Shown: positions 1 to 10,041 of the stretch, piece after piece
Position numbering within the stretch: the first letter of the stretch is position 1
Layout of the letters: the number at the start of each line of letters is the position of its first letter
NCBI GenBank assembly: GCA_028820505.1
Contig: JAPPIT010000225.1
Span: 356 to 64,355 of the forward strand
DNA from: Defluviicoccus sp.
GTDB lineage: Bacteria; Pseudomonadota; Alphaproteobacteria; MPNO01
DNA length: 64,000 bases
Reading direction: 5' to 3'
Program-made: the position numbers and the translations under genes
Notes under the pieces: model-generated
Told to the model about the DNA's origin: nothing
The model's input: only the letters and a program-made list of their open reading frames with translations
Databases searched by the model: none

Positions 1-217
1 CAACTTCGTCCTGCCGCAGGCGATATCGAAGGGGTAGGGGCGGAGCAGCCGCGTCCCTCGATACGGCGCTGACGCGCCTACTCGGGATGAGGATGAAAAA
101 AGAATTCCCTCACCCTGAGTAGCGGCGAAGCCGCGTATCGAAGGGCGCCCCCGCTCTTTCTGCCTGTTGCGCCAAAAGCTAGGGTCCGGCGAACCGGAGG
201 CCATCTGACGCCCGCCC

Positions 218-1228
218 ATGTCCTGGACCTTCCTGCTCCGCCGGCTGCTTCTGGCGATACCGACGCTTTTCGGCGTCGCCGTGATCGTGTTCGTGCTGCT
301 GCGCGTGGTGCCGGGCGATCCGATCGCCATGCTGATCGGGCCGGGGGCGACGGAAGCCGACATCGCGGAGCTGCGCCGGCTCTACGGGCTGGACGAGAGC
401 ATCGCGCTCCAGTTCGTCTACTACCTCCGGGACCTCGCCGGCGGCGATTTCGGCACGTCGATCTCGATGCGCCAGGACGTGATGGAGCTGGTGCTCGGGC
501 GCCTGCCGGTGACCATCGAACTGTGCCTCGTCGCCATGCTCGTCGCGGTCGGTCTGGGGGGCGCGATGGCGCTCGCCGGCGCCTACTGGCGGGGCCGGTC
601 CGGCGAGGCGGCGGTCGACGGCGCCGCGGGCTTCATCCTCGCGATCCCGGATTTCCTGTGGGCGCTCCTGTTCATCCTGTTCGTCGTCGTCTTCGCGCTC
701 GACGGGCTGCCGATCTCGGGCCGGATCGGCCATGACGTCGCGTTCCGGGGCGCAACCGGATTTCTGCTGGTCGAGAGCCTGCTGCGCCTGCGCCTCGACG
801 CCTTCGGCTCGGTGCTGCTGCACACGATATTGCCGGCTCTCGCCCTCGCCCTGCCGCTCGCGGCGATCGTCGCGCGGGTGCTCAAGACCTCGATCAACGA
901 GGCGATGACCCAGGACTACATCCTGATGGCGCGGGTCAAGGGCTTCTCCCGGGCGCGCATCGTCGGGCGCGAGGCGCTCCGCAACGCGCTGGTGCCGACG
1001 GTGACGCTGACCGGCGTCCAGTTCACCTTCCTGGTCGGCGGGACGGTGCTGGTCGAGAAGATCTTCTCCTATCCGGGCATCGGCAACATGGCGATCGACG
1101 CGGTGATCAATCGCGACCTGCCGCTGATCCAGGGGCTGGTGCTGACCTTCGCGGTGCTGTTCATCGCGGTCAACCTGCTGGTCGACGTGAGCTACGCGCT
1201 GCTCAACCCGCGCATGCGCCATGGCTGA
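218..1228 (+). CDS. ABC transporter permease, DppB/OppB-like (peptide/nickel family)
   Basis: 336 aa; N-terminal LRRLLLAIPTLFGV...VVPGDP motif typical of DppB/OppB; followed by overlapping DppC-like gene. Confidence 0.85.
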   Translation: MSWTFLLRRLLLAIPTLFGVAVIVFVLLRVVPGDPIAMLIGPGATEADIAELRRLYGLDESIALQFVYYLRDLAGGDFGTSISMRQDVMELVLGRLPVTIELCLVAMLVAVGLGGAMALAGAYWRGRSGEAAVDGAAGFILAIPDFLWALLFILFVVVFALDGLPISGRIGHDVAFRGATGFLLVESLLRLRLDAFGSVLLHTILPALALALPLAAIVARVLKTSINEAMTQDYILMARVKGFSRARIVGREALRNALVPTVTLTGVQFTFLVGGTVLVEKIFSYPGIGNMAIDAVINRDLPLIQGLVLTFAVLFIAVNLLVDVSYALLNPRMRHG

Positions 1229-2108
1229 GGCGGCGGCGGTCACCGGCGCGGCATCGCCCACGGGCGGAACGGCCCGCCGGCTGCTGGCGAACCCGCGGGT
1301 CGTGCTCGGCGGCGCGGTGTTGGTTTTCTTCGCCCTCGCCGCCCTCTTCGCGCCGCTCATTGCGCCGCACGATCCGGTCGAGCAGGACCTGCTGCTGCAA
1401 TACGTTCCGCCCGCCTGGTCGGACAAGGCGGAAGCCGGCTATCTCTTCGGCACCGACAATCTCGGACGGGACATCCTGTCGCGGCTGATCTACGGCGCGC
1501 GGGTCGCGCTCTTCGTCGCCGTCGCGGCGGCCGCGGCGGCAGGGTTGCTCGGCACCGCGCTCGGCCTGCTCGCCGGCTATCTCGGCGGCTGGGTCGATAC
1601 CGTCATCTCCCGTCTGGTCGAGATCTGGATGGCCTTTCCGGCGGTCCTGCTCTCCATCGTCCTCGTCGCCGTGATGGGGACCGGCCTCCATTCCGTCATC
1701 ATCGCGATCGCGGTGATCGACTGGACGCGCTTCTGCCGGGTGGTGCGCGCCGAGACCATGGCGCAGAAGCAGCAGGACTATGTCGCCTCGGCGGTCACCG
1801 TCGGGCTCGGCCGGATGCGCATCCTGTGGCGGGAGATCCTGCCCAACGTGCTGCCGCTGCTGATCGTCCTGTTCACGCTCGAAATGGGCATCGCGGTGAT
1901 CGTCGAGGCGATCCTGAGCTACGTGAACCTGTCGCTGGCGTCCGATTTCCCGACCTGGGGCGGCATGATCTCGGACGGGCGGAAATACGTGAACCAGGCG
2001 CCGTGGCTGATGATCCTGCCCATTCTGTGCGTCATCGCGCTGGTGCTGGCGCTGAACGCGCTCGGCGACGGGCTGAAGGACGCGCTCGACCCGGTGATGC
2101 GCAGATGA
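1221..2108 (+). CDS. ABC transporter permease, DppC/OppC-like
   Basis: 295 aa; GTDNLGRDILSRLIYGARV motif; overlaps upstream permease by 8 nt and downstream ATPase (ATGA). Confidence 0.85.
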   Translation: MAEAAAVTGAASPTGGTARRLLANPRVVLGGAVLVFFALAALFAPLIAPHDPVEQDLLLQYVPPAWSDKAEAGYLFGTDNLGRDILSRLIYGARVALFVAVAAAAAAGLLGTALGLLAGYLGGWVDTVISRLVEIWMAFPAVLLSIVLVAVMGTGLHSVIIAIAVIDWTRFCRVVRAETMAQKQQDYVASAVTVGLGRMRILWREILPNVLPLLIVLFTLEMGIAVIVEAILSYVNLSLASDFPTWGGMISDGRKYVNQAPWLMILPILCVIALVLALNALGDGLKDALDPVMRR

Positions 2109-3010
2109 CCGCCACGCCACCCGCCGTCGGGCCGACCCTCTCGGTCCGCGACCTCCATCTGGCGATCGCGGGACGGCGCCGGGATACGCCGATCCTGCGC
2201 GGCGTATCGCTCGATATCGCGCCGGGCGAGGTGCACGGGCTGGTCGGCGAGTCGGGCGCCGGCAAGACCATGATCGGGAAGGCCGTCCTGGGCATTCAGC
2301 CGTCGCGCGCGCGGATCGCCGCCGGCTCGGTGCTGTTCGACGGCCGGGATATTACCCACCTGCCGGAACGCGAGCGCCGCCGGCTGATGGGCCGGGGCAT
2401 GGGGCTGATCCCGCAGGACCCGATGACCTCGCTGAACCCGGCCCACCGGATCGGCGCGCAGATCGCCGACGTGCTGCGCCTGCATCTCGGGCTGGACCGC
2501 GCCGCCGCCGGGGCCCGGACGCTGGAACTGCTGAACGAGGTCCATATCCGCGCGCCGGAACGGGTGGTCCGCCAGTATCCGCACGAGCTCAGCGGCGGCA
2601 TGCGCCAGCGCGTGTCGATCGCCATCGCCTTCGCCTGCCGGCCAAAGCTGATCGTCGCCGACGAGCCGACGACTGCGCTCGACGTGACGGTCCAGCGCCA
2701 GGTGCTCGCGCTGATCAAGCGGATGCAGGCGCAGGAAGACGCCTCGATCCTCTTCGTTACCCACGATCTCGGCGTGGTCGCCAAGATCTGCGACCGGGTG
2801 ACGGTGCTGCATGGCGGGCGGGTGCTGGAGACCGGCGCCACGCGCCGCATCGTCGAAGCGCCGGGCCACGACTACACCCGCGCGCTGATCGCCGCGACGC
2901 CGCGCCACGATCGGCCGGGCGGCCTGCTGCGGCCGGTGCCCGAGGCGCTGACCGCGCGGCTGGATGCGGAGGCGCTGGCCTACGACGCGGCGCGGGGAAG
3001 CCATGGCTGA
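2105..3010 (+). CDS. ABC transporter ATP-binding protein, DppD/OppD-like
   Basis: Internal ATG of ORF 1826..3010; Walker A GESGAGKT, signature LSGGMRQR; the N-terminal extension in the track is spurious. Confidence 0.85.
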   Translation: MTATPPAVGPTLSVRDLHLAIAGRRRDTPILRGVSLDIAPGEVHGLVGESGAGKTMIGKAVLGIQPSRARIAAGSVLFDGRDITHLPERERRRLMGRGMGLIPQDPMTSLNPAHRIGAQIADVLRLHLGLDRAAAGARTLELLNEVHIRAPERVVRQYPHELSGGMRQRVSIAIAFACRPKLIVADEPTTALDVTVQRQVLALIKRMQAQEDASILFVTHDLGVVAKICDRVTVLHGGRVLETGATRRIVEAPGHDYTRALIAATPRHDRPGGLLRPVPEALTARLDAEALAYDAARGSHG

Positions 3011-4583
3011 GCCCGCTCTCCTGGAAGCGGCCGGGCTGCGTCTCTCCCTGCCGGATTACAGCCGCAAGCCGCCCTTCGGCCCGGCCCCGCCGGTCGACAT
3101 CCTGCACGGCATCGACCTCGCTCTGGCGCCGGGCGATACGCTCGGCGTCGTCGGCGAGAGCGGCTCGGGCAAGACCAGCCTGGGGCGCACCCTGGTCCGG
3201 CTCTACAAGCCGACCGCGGGACGCCTGACGTTCGACGGGCGCGACATCGCGGACCTGCCGGAAAACCGGCTGCGCCCGCTGCGCCCGCAGTTCCAGATGA
3301 TCTTCCAGGACCCGCAATCCTCGCTCAACCCGCGCCGGAGGGTGGCCGACATCGTCGCCCAGCCGCTGCGCCTCTACGGCCGGGCCGCGACCGGGAGCGA
3401 GGCGCGGCGCCAGGTCGACGCGCTGCTCGAACGCGTCGCGCTGCGCCCGGCGCACGGCGATCGCTACCCCCACGAGCTGTCGGGCGGCGAGCGCCAGCGC
3501 GTCGGCATCGCGCGGGCCATCGCGCTGCAGCCCCGGCTGGTCGTCGCCGACGAGATCGTCTCCGGCCTCGACATGTCGAGCCAGGCCCAGATCCTGGCGC
3601 TGCTGCACGAATTGCGCCGAGACCTCGGCCTCGCCCTCGTGTTCATAAGCCACGACCTGTCGGTCGTCCGTACCGTGTGCGACCGGGTCGTGGTGATGCT
3701 GAACGGCCGGGCGGTGGAGCAGGGCGATTGCGCGGCGATCTTCGCATCGCCCCGCCACCCCTATACCCGCCGGCTCTTGAACGCGATTCCGCTGCCCGAC
3801 GTCGACCCCGGCTGGGTCGCCCGGACGGCGGAGAACGAACTGGGAGAGAAGTTGACCATGAACGTGAGGGACAGCGTGGCGCTGGTCACCGGCGCCAACC
3901 GCGGGGTCGGCGCCGCCTTCGTGCGCGCCCTGCTCGAGCGCGGCGCGACCAAGGTCTATGCCGGGATGAGGAGCACCGACGGCTACGAGACGCCGGACGG
4001 CCGGGTCAGGCCCCTCGCGCTCGACGTGACCGACCACGGCCGGATCGCGGAGGCGGCGGCCGAATGCGGCGACGTTACCCTGCTGGTCAACAATGCCGGG
4101 GCGAACCGCAACCGGCCGATCTCCGACGACGACGCCCAGCGGAACGCGCGCGACGAGATGGATGTGAACTATTTCGGCACGATGGAGATGTGCCGGCGCT
4201 TCGGCCCGGTGCTGGACGCGAACGGCGGCGGCGCCATCGTCAACATGCTGTCGATCCTGAGCCGGGTGAACCTGCCCATGATCGGCACCTACTGCGCCTC
4301 CAAGGCTGCGTCCCTGTCCCTCACGCAGGGAGTGCGCGCCCAGCTGGCGGCCCAGGGCACGCTGGTGGTCGCGGTCATGCCGGGCGCGATCAACACCCGC
4401 ATGGGCGACATGAACCCGCCGCCGCTCGAAGAGCCCGCCGACGTCGCCAGCGCCGCGCTGGACGCCGTCGAGGCCGGCGAGGAGGACATCTACCCCGGAA
4501 CCGTCGCCGCCGGCGTCAGCCAGGGCCTCGCCGCCGATGCGAAGGCGGTGGAGAAGCAGTTCGCGGCGTATCTGCCGGGGTAG
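3003..4583 (+). CDS. ABC ATP-binding protein (DppF/OppF-like) fused in frame to a short-chain dehydrogenase/reductase (SDR) domain
   Basis: Walker A GESGSGKT, signature LSGGERQR, C-terminal HPYTRRLL tail, no stop, then MNVRDSVALVTGANRGVGAAF (SDR TGxxxGxG) to 4583; SD-like GGGAGAG 7 nt before internal ATG 3858, so the SDR may also initiate independently. Confidence 0.6.
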   Translation: MAEPALLEAAGLRLSLPDYSRKPPFGPAPPVDILHGIDLALAPGDTLGVVGESGSGKTSLGRTLVRLYKPTAGRLTFDGRDIADLPENRLRPLRPQFQMIFQDPQSSLNPRRRVADIVAQPLRLYGRAATGSEARRQVDALLERVALRPAHGDRYPHELSGGERQRVGIARAIALQPRLVVADEIVSGLDMSSQAQILALLHELRRDLGLALVFISHDLSVVRTVCDRVVVMLNGRAVEQGDCAAIFASPRHPYTRRLLNAIPLPDVDPGWVARTAENELGEKLTMNVRDSVALVTGANRGVGAAFVRALLERGATKVYAGMRSTDGYETPDGRVRPLALDVTDHGRIAEAAAECGDVTLLVNNAGANRNRPISDDDAQRNARDEMDVNYFGTMEMCRRFGPVLDANGGGAIVNMLSILSRVNLPMIGTYCASKAASLSLTQGVRAQLAAQGTLVVAVMPGAINTRMGDMNPPPLEEPADVASAALDAVEAGEEDIYPGTVAAGVSQGLAADAKAVEKQFAAYLPG

Positions 4584-4749
4584 GGGGGTGACCCGGTCAG
4601 ACCGGAAAATGCCGTAGTGGCGCCAACTCCGGTCTATTCGCGGCGAGATAGCCGGTTGCGCCGCGAGCCCTCTCATCGGTTTCCGGTGGGGGCCCGACCT
4701 GTCCCGAGCTTCCTGTCGAGCGCACTCCCGCCGGCGCGACGGACGCGCC

Positions 4750-6156
4750 TCACGGCCAATCCGGACGCCGCGCCGACCAGGGACGGGCCGTCTCGAACGC
4801 GCGAGCTGCCCGCAGGACGAGCGCGTCCCCATGCTGTGGCCCGACGATCTGGAGCCCGACCGGCCGCCCGTCGGCGGTAAATCCGCAGGGTACCGAGGCG
4901 GCCGGCTGGCGGGTCAGGTTGAAGGGCAGGCTGAACGGCCATTCGGTCGCGTCCGCATCGGGGCCGCGGTCCGGCGTCGCTCGACCCGCTGGGAACGCGG
5001 CGACTGCCGTCGCCGGGCTGACCAGGAGGTCGTAGCGCCGGTGGAAAGCCTTCATGTGGGCGCCGAGCTCGGCGCGTCTGCGTTCCGCCTGCAGATAGGT
5101 CTCAAGGTCGACACCCGGTGCCGCGCGGATTTTTTCCGCGATGAGCGGATCCATGACGGCGAGCCGGTCCTCGGTCAGGTCCTTGAAGGCGAAGCGCGTC
5201 AGGCCGCGGAACAGGACGTGCCAGAACGGTGCCGGATCGGCGAACCCGGGGTCCTCCCGTTCGACGCGGGCGCCGCGCTCGGCCAGGGCCTCGACTGCCG
5301 CGTCGACGATCGTCGCCACCTCCCCATCGACCCGGGCGTAGCCGAGTGTCTGGCTGTACGCGATACGTACGCCGTCGATCCCTTCGTCGAGACCCTCCCG
5401 ATAATCGGTCCCGTCATAGGGCAGGGCATTCCAGTCCCTTGCGTCCGGCTCCGCGATCGCGTTCAGCATCGTCGCTGCATCGGCCACGCTGCGGGTCATC
5501 GGTCCGGTGCTGGCAAAGGTACCGAAGGGCGTCGGGGGCCAGACCGGCACGCGTCCGTAGCTGGGCTTGAGGCCGAAGACGCCGCAGAAGCTCGCCGGGA
5601 TGCGGATCGAGCCGCCCGCATCCGTGCCGAGCGCCAGGGTGCACATCCCGGCGGCCACCGCCGCGCCCGCGCCGCCGCTGGACCCGCCCGGGGTAAGATC
5701 CGGGTTCCATGGATTTCGGGTGATCCCGGTCAAGGGGCTGTCGGTAACGCCCTTCATGGCGAATTCGGGCGTCGTGGTCTTGCCCAGAAGCACCGCGCCG
5801 TGCTCGCGCAGACGCGCCACGGGCGGCGCGTCGTCCGCCCAGTCCCGGTCCCGCTCAATGGTCTTCGACCCGCGCAATGTCGGCCAGCCGCGGGTGAGCA
5901 CGATGTCCTTGATCGATGTCGGCACCCCGTCGAGCGGACCGGCCGCCGCGCCGCGCCGCCAGCGCGCTTCGGACTCGCGCGCGGCCGCCATCGCGGCGTC
6001 TCCGTCGACCAGGCAGTAGGCGTTGATCGTGGTGTCGAGCGCCGCGATCCGCTCCAGGGTCGCCCGCGTCGCCTCGACGGGCGAAAGCGAGCCGTCCCGG
6101 TAGCGAGCGACCAGCTCGCGCGCGGAGAGGAAGGCGAGCTCTTCGTCGAGGCTCAT
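4750..6156 (-). CDS. amidase (amidase-signature family)
   Basis: 469 aa from MSLDEELAFL; GGSSGG and KDI/GKT motifs of AS family; start overlaps the permease stop (ATGA); the 869-aa ORF 4750..7359 is an artefactual read-through. Confidence 0.85.
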   Translation of the reverse strand: MSLDEELAFLSARELVARYRDGSLSPVEATRATLERIAALDTTINAYCLVDGDAAMAAARESEARWRRGAAAGPLDGVPTSIKDIVLTRGWPTLRGSKTIERDRDWADDAPPVARLREHGAVLLGKTTTPEFAMKGVTDSPLTGITRNPWNPDLTPGGSSGGAGAAVAAGMCTLALGTDAGGSIRIPASFCGVFGLKPSYGRVPVWPPTPFGTFASTGPMTRSVADAATMLNAIAEPDARDWNALPYDGTDYREGLDEGIDGVRIAYSQTLGYARVDGEVATIVDAAVEALAERGARVEREDPGFADPAPFWHVLFRGLTRFAFKDLTEDRLAVMDPLIAEKIRAAPGVDLETYLQAERRRAELGAHMKAFHRRYDLLVSPATAVAAFPAGRATPDRGPDADATEWPFSLPFNLTRQPAASVPCGFTADGRPVGLQIVGPQHGDALVLRAARAFETARPWSARRPDWP

Positions 6157-6920
6157 TCGACCCGCGCGTCGCGGACCACCACGATGCGCTCGAGGATCAG
6201 AACCAGGCCGTAGAGCACAACGCCGACCACGCTGATCAGGATCACCGCCATGAACATGCCCGCGGTGTCGAGCGTGCTCTGGACCTGGATCATCAGGTTG
6301 CCGAGGCCGCGCTGGGAGGCGACGAACTCGCCCACGATGGCGCCCGCCACCGCGAGGATCGCGCCCACCTTCATGCCCGAGAAGATGTAGGGGAGCGAGC
6401 CCGGCAGCTGGATCTTGACGAAGATCTGCCAGCGCGAGGCCTTGAGCGCGCGCACCAGATCGATCAGGTCGGGCTCGACCTCGCGCAGGCCGCGCGCGGT
6501 CGTAAGCAGTATGGGAAAGAAGCAGATCGAGAAGGCGATGATGATGTTCGAGCCGATGCCGTATGAGAACCAGACGATGAACAGCGGCGCCAGCGCGACC
6601 TTGGGAATCATGTTGAGGCTGACGATCAGCGGCATGAAGGTGGCGTTCAGCACCCGGAACCAGAAGAACATCAGGGCCATGGCGACCCCGGTCGCGACCC
6701 CGAGGATGTAGCCGCCGAAGATCTCGCTCGCGGTGACCAGGGTATTGCTCACCCAGTGATAGTCGGGCGCGAACAGCGTGTGGAAGGTCGCTACCGGCGT
6801 CGGCATGATGAACTCGCCGATATCGCCGAGGACCACCACGGCATGCCACAACGCGATCACCGCGGCATGGACGGCGACGATCAGGAACCAGCCCCGAACG
6901 CTCGTCCACCCGCCGGTCAT
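6153..6920 (-). CDS. ABC transporter permease, NitT/TauT (SsuC-like) family
   Basis: Polytopic membrane protein with binding-protein-dependent permease signature (ALKASRWQIFVKIQLP); start at MTGGW chosen because upstream residues lack membrane character. Confidence 0.8.
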   Translation of the reverse strand: MTGGWTSVRGWFLIVAVHAAVIALWHAVVVLGDIGEFIMPTPVATFHTLFAPDYHWVSNTLVTASEIFGGYILGVATGVAMALMFFWFRVLNATFMPLIVSLNMIPKVALAPLFIVWFSYGIGSNIIIAFSICFFPILLTTARGLREVEPDLIDLVRALKASRWQIFVKIQLPGSLPYIFSGMKVGAILAVAGAIVGEFVASQRGLGNLMIQVQSTLDTAGMFMAVILISVVGVVLYGLVLILERIVVVRDARVE

Positions 6921-7048
6921 CCACGGCCCTCCGCGCCATGCCCCGCGTTGACGCCGCGCGCGGGGCGATCCTATGCTTTTCGCGCAAACCGATGATCGCA
7001 CGACCGCGGTCGGCCGGGAAGGCCGCCGCGGACGGCCGGGAGGACACG

Positions 7049-8041
7049 ATGCACAAGCCGAAGCACCTGGTGGCGGCCCTTGCCTGCGCGCTCGCGCTCG
7101 TTGCGCCGGCGCAAGCCGCGGAAAAGATCAACTTCATCCTCAACTGGGTCCCCGGTGCCGACCATGCGCCCTTCTTCCACGCCCGGGCCAAGGGCTGGTA
7201 CGCCGATGCCGGGCTGGAGGTCGACATCCTGTCGGGCAAGGGATCCGGGTTGTCGAGCCAACGGGTCGGGGCCGGCACCAGCCATCTCGGCATTTCCGAT
7301 CTCGCCACCGCGCTGGTCGCCAGGAGCAAGGGCGCCGATCTCGCCGCGGTGATGAACATCTATGCCAACTCGCCCTACGGCATGTACTGGCTCAAGAAGT
7401 CCGGCATCGCGGGGCCCAAGGATTTCGCGGGCAAGAAGATCGGCAACCCGCCCTGGGATGCGGCCCGTGTGATGTGGCCGGCATTCGCCAAGGCCGTGGG
7501 CCTGCCGGCGGATGCGGTCGAGTTCGTGAACATATCGCCGCAGGCCAAGGCGCCGTCGCTGCTCGCCGGTCAGATCGACATCACGACCAACTTCTACAAC
7601 GGCCACGACACGATGAAACGGCTGCTGGGCGACGACATGGGGTTCCTCGCCTGGTCCGAGGCGGGGCTCAACCATTACGGCAACTCGGTGATCGTCAACG
7701 GCGCCTTTCTCAAGGCCAAGCGGGACGCCGTGGCGGGCTTCGTGCGCGTGACCCAGAAGGCGTTTGCCGCCTGCGTTGCCGAGTCGAAGCCCTGCATCGA
7801 CTCGCTGATGGCGGCGAGTTCCGGCCTCAAGCGGACCGACCAGGAGCACCAGTGGGCGAGGGTCAAGGAGTTGATGACCGACAAGTTCACGCAGACCGTC
7901 GCCCTCGGCTACATGGACCCCGGCCGCATGCAGGCGGATTACGAGCTCGTCGCCAGGTACTTCAAGATGAAGGCGCCGTTCGACGTGAAGACCGCCTACA
8001 GCAACGAGTTCCTCGACCGGTCGATCAAGATGGCCGAATAG
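7049..8041 (+). CDS. ABC transporter substrate-binding protein, NMT1/THI5 (SsuA/TauA-like) family
   Basis: Signal peptide MHKPKHLVAALACALALVAPAQA; NMT1-like fold; divergent from the permease-amidase pair. Confidence 0.8.
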   Translation: MHKPKHLVAALACALALVAPAQAAEKINFILNWVPGADHAPFFHARAKGWYADAGLEVDILSGKGSGLSSQRVGAGTSHLGISDLATALVARSKGADLAAVMNIYANSPYGMYWLKKSGIAGPKDFAGKKIGNPPWDAARVMWPAFAKAVGLPADAVEFVNISPQAKAPSLLAGQIDITTNFYNGHDTMKRLLGDDMGFLAWSEAGLNHYGNSVIVNGAFLKAKRDAVAGFVRVTQKAFAACVAESKPCIDSLMAASSGLKRTDQEHQWARVKELMTDKFTQTVALGYMDPGRMQADYELVARYFKMKAPFDVKTAYSNEFLDRSIKMAE

Positions 8042-8063
8042 CCCGCCGCCCGACCGGACCGGC

Positions 8064-8828
8064 ATGGGCGAGCCGTTCATCCGCCTGGACAGCGTCCGCA
8101 AGGTCTACCGCACGCGGGGCGAGGAGTTTCTTGCGGTCTCGGACGTGAGCCTCGACATCGAGGCGGGCGAGCTGGTCTCGCTGGTCGGGCCGTCGGGCTG
8201 CGGCAAGACCACCGTGCTCAAGCTGCTCGCCGGGCTGCACGGCCACGACGGCGGCGAGGTGCGGATCGGCGGCGGGGAGCACGCCTTCGATGCCGGGCGC
8301 GATGTCGGCATGGTGTTCCAGCAGTCGTTGCTGCTGAAGTGGCGGCGCATCCTCGAGAACGTGCTGCTGCCGGCCGAAATCCTGGGCCTGCCGCCGAAGG
8401 CGAGCCGCGAGCGCGGACTGGAACTGCTGCACATGGTCGGGCTCGAAGGCTCGGAGCACAAATACCCTTACGAGCTGTCCGGCGGCATGCAGCAACGCGC
8501 GGCGATCGCCCGCGCCCTGATCCACGACCCCAAGCTGGTCCTGATGGACGAGCCGTTCGGCGCGCTCGACGCGCTGACCCGCGAGAAGATGAACCTGGAA
8601 CTGCTGCGGATATGGGCGGAGCACCGCAAGACCATCGTCTTCGTCACTCACAGCATTCAGGAGGCCGTGTTCCTGGGCTCCAAATGCGCGGTAATGACCG
8701 CGGGCCCGGCCCGCATGGCCGAAGTTTTTCCCATCGATCTCGCCCACCCCCGCGCGCTCGCCGTCAAGACCGGGGAGGCTTTCGGCGAATACACGCGGCG
8801 CATATACCGATTGCTCGACATGGAGTGA
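8064..8828 (+). CDS. ABC transporter ATP-binding protein, NitT/TauT family
   Basis: Walker A GPSGCGKTT, signature LSGGMQQRAAIARAL, Walker B LVLMDEPF. Confidence 0.85.
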   Translation: MGEPFIRLDSVRKVYRTRGEEFLAVSDVSLDIEAGELVSLVGPSGCGKTTVLKLLAGLHGHDGGEVRIGGGEHAFDAGRDVGMVFQQSLLLKWRRILENVLLPAEILGLPPKASRERGLELLHMVGLEGSEHKYPYELSGGMQQRAAIARALIHDPKLVLMDEPFGALDALTREKMNLELLRIWAEHRKTIVFVTHSIQEAVFLGSKCAVMTAGPARMAEVFPIDLAHPRALAVKTGEAFGEYTRRIYRLLDME

Positions 8829-8988
8829 CCCGCGTTGTGCGTGATTTCGTTGGAACGAACCGGGGTCCGGTCATCGGTATCTTCCCGGTGCGCCGGCGGT
8901 ATCGTGTATCGGACGACCGTACTATCCTTATTGCCGCCGAAGGCGGTATTCGGGGTTCCGCCGCCGATCGGAAACGGGAGGCAACGAG

Positions 8989-9987
8989 ATGACGAGAATT
9001 CGCAACATCGGACTGGCCGCCGCCATTCTGGCGCTCTCGGCGGGCGGCGCGTCGGCCGCCGACTTCACGATGAAGATCGGGCTTGGCACCTTCAAGGACG
9101 TCCAGCACGAATGGGCGAACTGGATGGAGAAAAAAATCGAGGCGGACTCCAAGGGCCGCATCGACGTCCAGGTGTTTCCGCGTAGCCAGCTCGGCAACAT
9201 TTTCCGCATGGTCGAAGGGGTGCAGATCGGCACCATCGAATGCCTGGTCGCGCCGATGGATTTCTATGCCGGCATCGACCCGCGCTTCGGCGTCTTCTCG
9301 ATTCCGGTGCTGTTCAAGAACAAGGCCAACGCCGCCAAGGCGCTGCTCGACCCCGAGCTTAACAAGGAGATCCGCACCGTCGGGACCGAGCGCGGCAACA
9401 TCCTCCCGGTGTCCGTCTTCACCCATTCGACGGCGCATTACTTCGGCAAGAAGCCGATCCGCCGGCTCGCCGACTTCAACGGGCTGAAACTGCGCGTCAA
9501 CGCGACCGACGCGGAGCGCGAGAAGATGAAACGCTTCGGCGCGACCGCGGTGCCGATGCCGCTCTCGGAAGTCGTGCCCTCGCTGCAACGCGGCGTGATC
9601 GACGGCACGATGAGCGGCATGGTCGTCTACGTGGTCTTCAAGTTCGATCAGATCGGCAAGGTGCTGACGCAGACCGACGACACGCTGATCCTGTCGGCCG
9701 GCATCGTCAGCAAGGCGTGGCTCGGCAAGCTCCCGGCAGATCTTCAGAAGGTGGTGATCGACGCCGGCGTTTCCCTGCAGCAGCGGGCCAATGAATATTC
9801 GGACACCAACGAGCAGGCCATGCTCGCCAGGTGGAAGCAGGGTGGCGGCTCGCTGGTGAAGCTGCCGGATGAGGATCTCGCCAAGGTGCGCACGCTGCTG
9901 GCCAGCGTCGGCGAGGACACGACCAAGGGAAAACCGGCGCTCAACGCATTCTACAAGCGGGTCAGGTCGGTCGCCGCCAAGTATTGA
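8989..9987 (+). CDS. dctP: TRAP transporter substrate-binding protein DctP family
   Basis: Signal peptide then DctP-family sequence; followed by DctQ and DctM genes. Confidence 0.85.
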   Translation: MTRIRNIGLAAAILALSAGGASAADFTMKIGLGTFKDVQHEWANWMEKKIEADSKGRIDVQVFPRSQLGNIFRMVEGVQIGTIECLVAPMDFYAGIDPRFGVFSIPVLFKNKANAAKALLDPELNKEIRTVGTERGNILPVSVFTHSTAHYFGKKPIRRLADFNGLKLRVNATDAEREKMKRFGATAVPMPLSEVVPSLQRGVIDGTMSGMVVYVVFKFDQIGKVLTQTDDTLILSAGIVSKAWLGKLPADLQKVVIDAGVSLQQRANEYSDTNEQAMLARWKQGGGSLVKLPDEDLAKVRTLLASVGEDTTKGKPALNAFYKRVRSVAAKY

Positions 9988-10041
9988 GGGCGGCCAGGCG
10001 CGCCCGGCGCCGCTGGGCGCCCGGCGCGTAGCGTAGCGGCG

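Noticed and set aside
1-217. 3' end of an upstream DppA-like substrate-binding gene
   Set aside because: No frame stays open into the window start with protein-like sequence; all frames hit stops within the first 120 nt.
179-1426. 415-aa ORF on the minus strand
   Set aside because: Antisense to the DppB-like permease; Arg/Ala/Asp-rich low-complexity translation typical of high-GC shadow ORFs.
2757-4832. 691-aa minus-strand ORF
   Set aside because: Antisense shadow of the two ABC ATPase genes; no domain-like sequence.
4831-6213. 460-aa plus-strand ORF
   Set aside because: Antisense to the amidase gene, whose motifs are unambiguous.
6157-7359. N-terminal 400 codons of the 869-aa ORF 4750..7359
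   Set aside because: Read-through in a third frame across the permease gene; the real genes are the permease (6153..6920) and the amidase (4750..6156).
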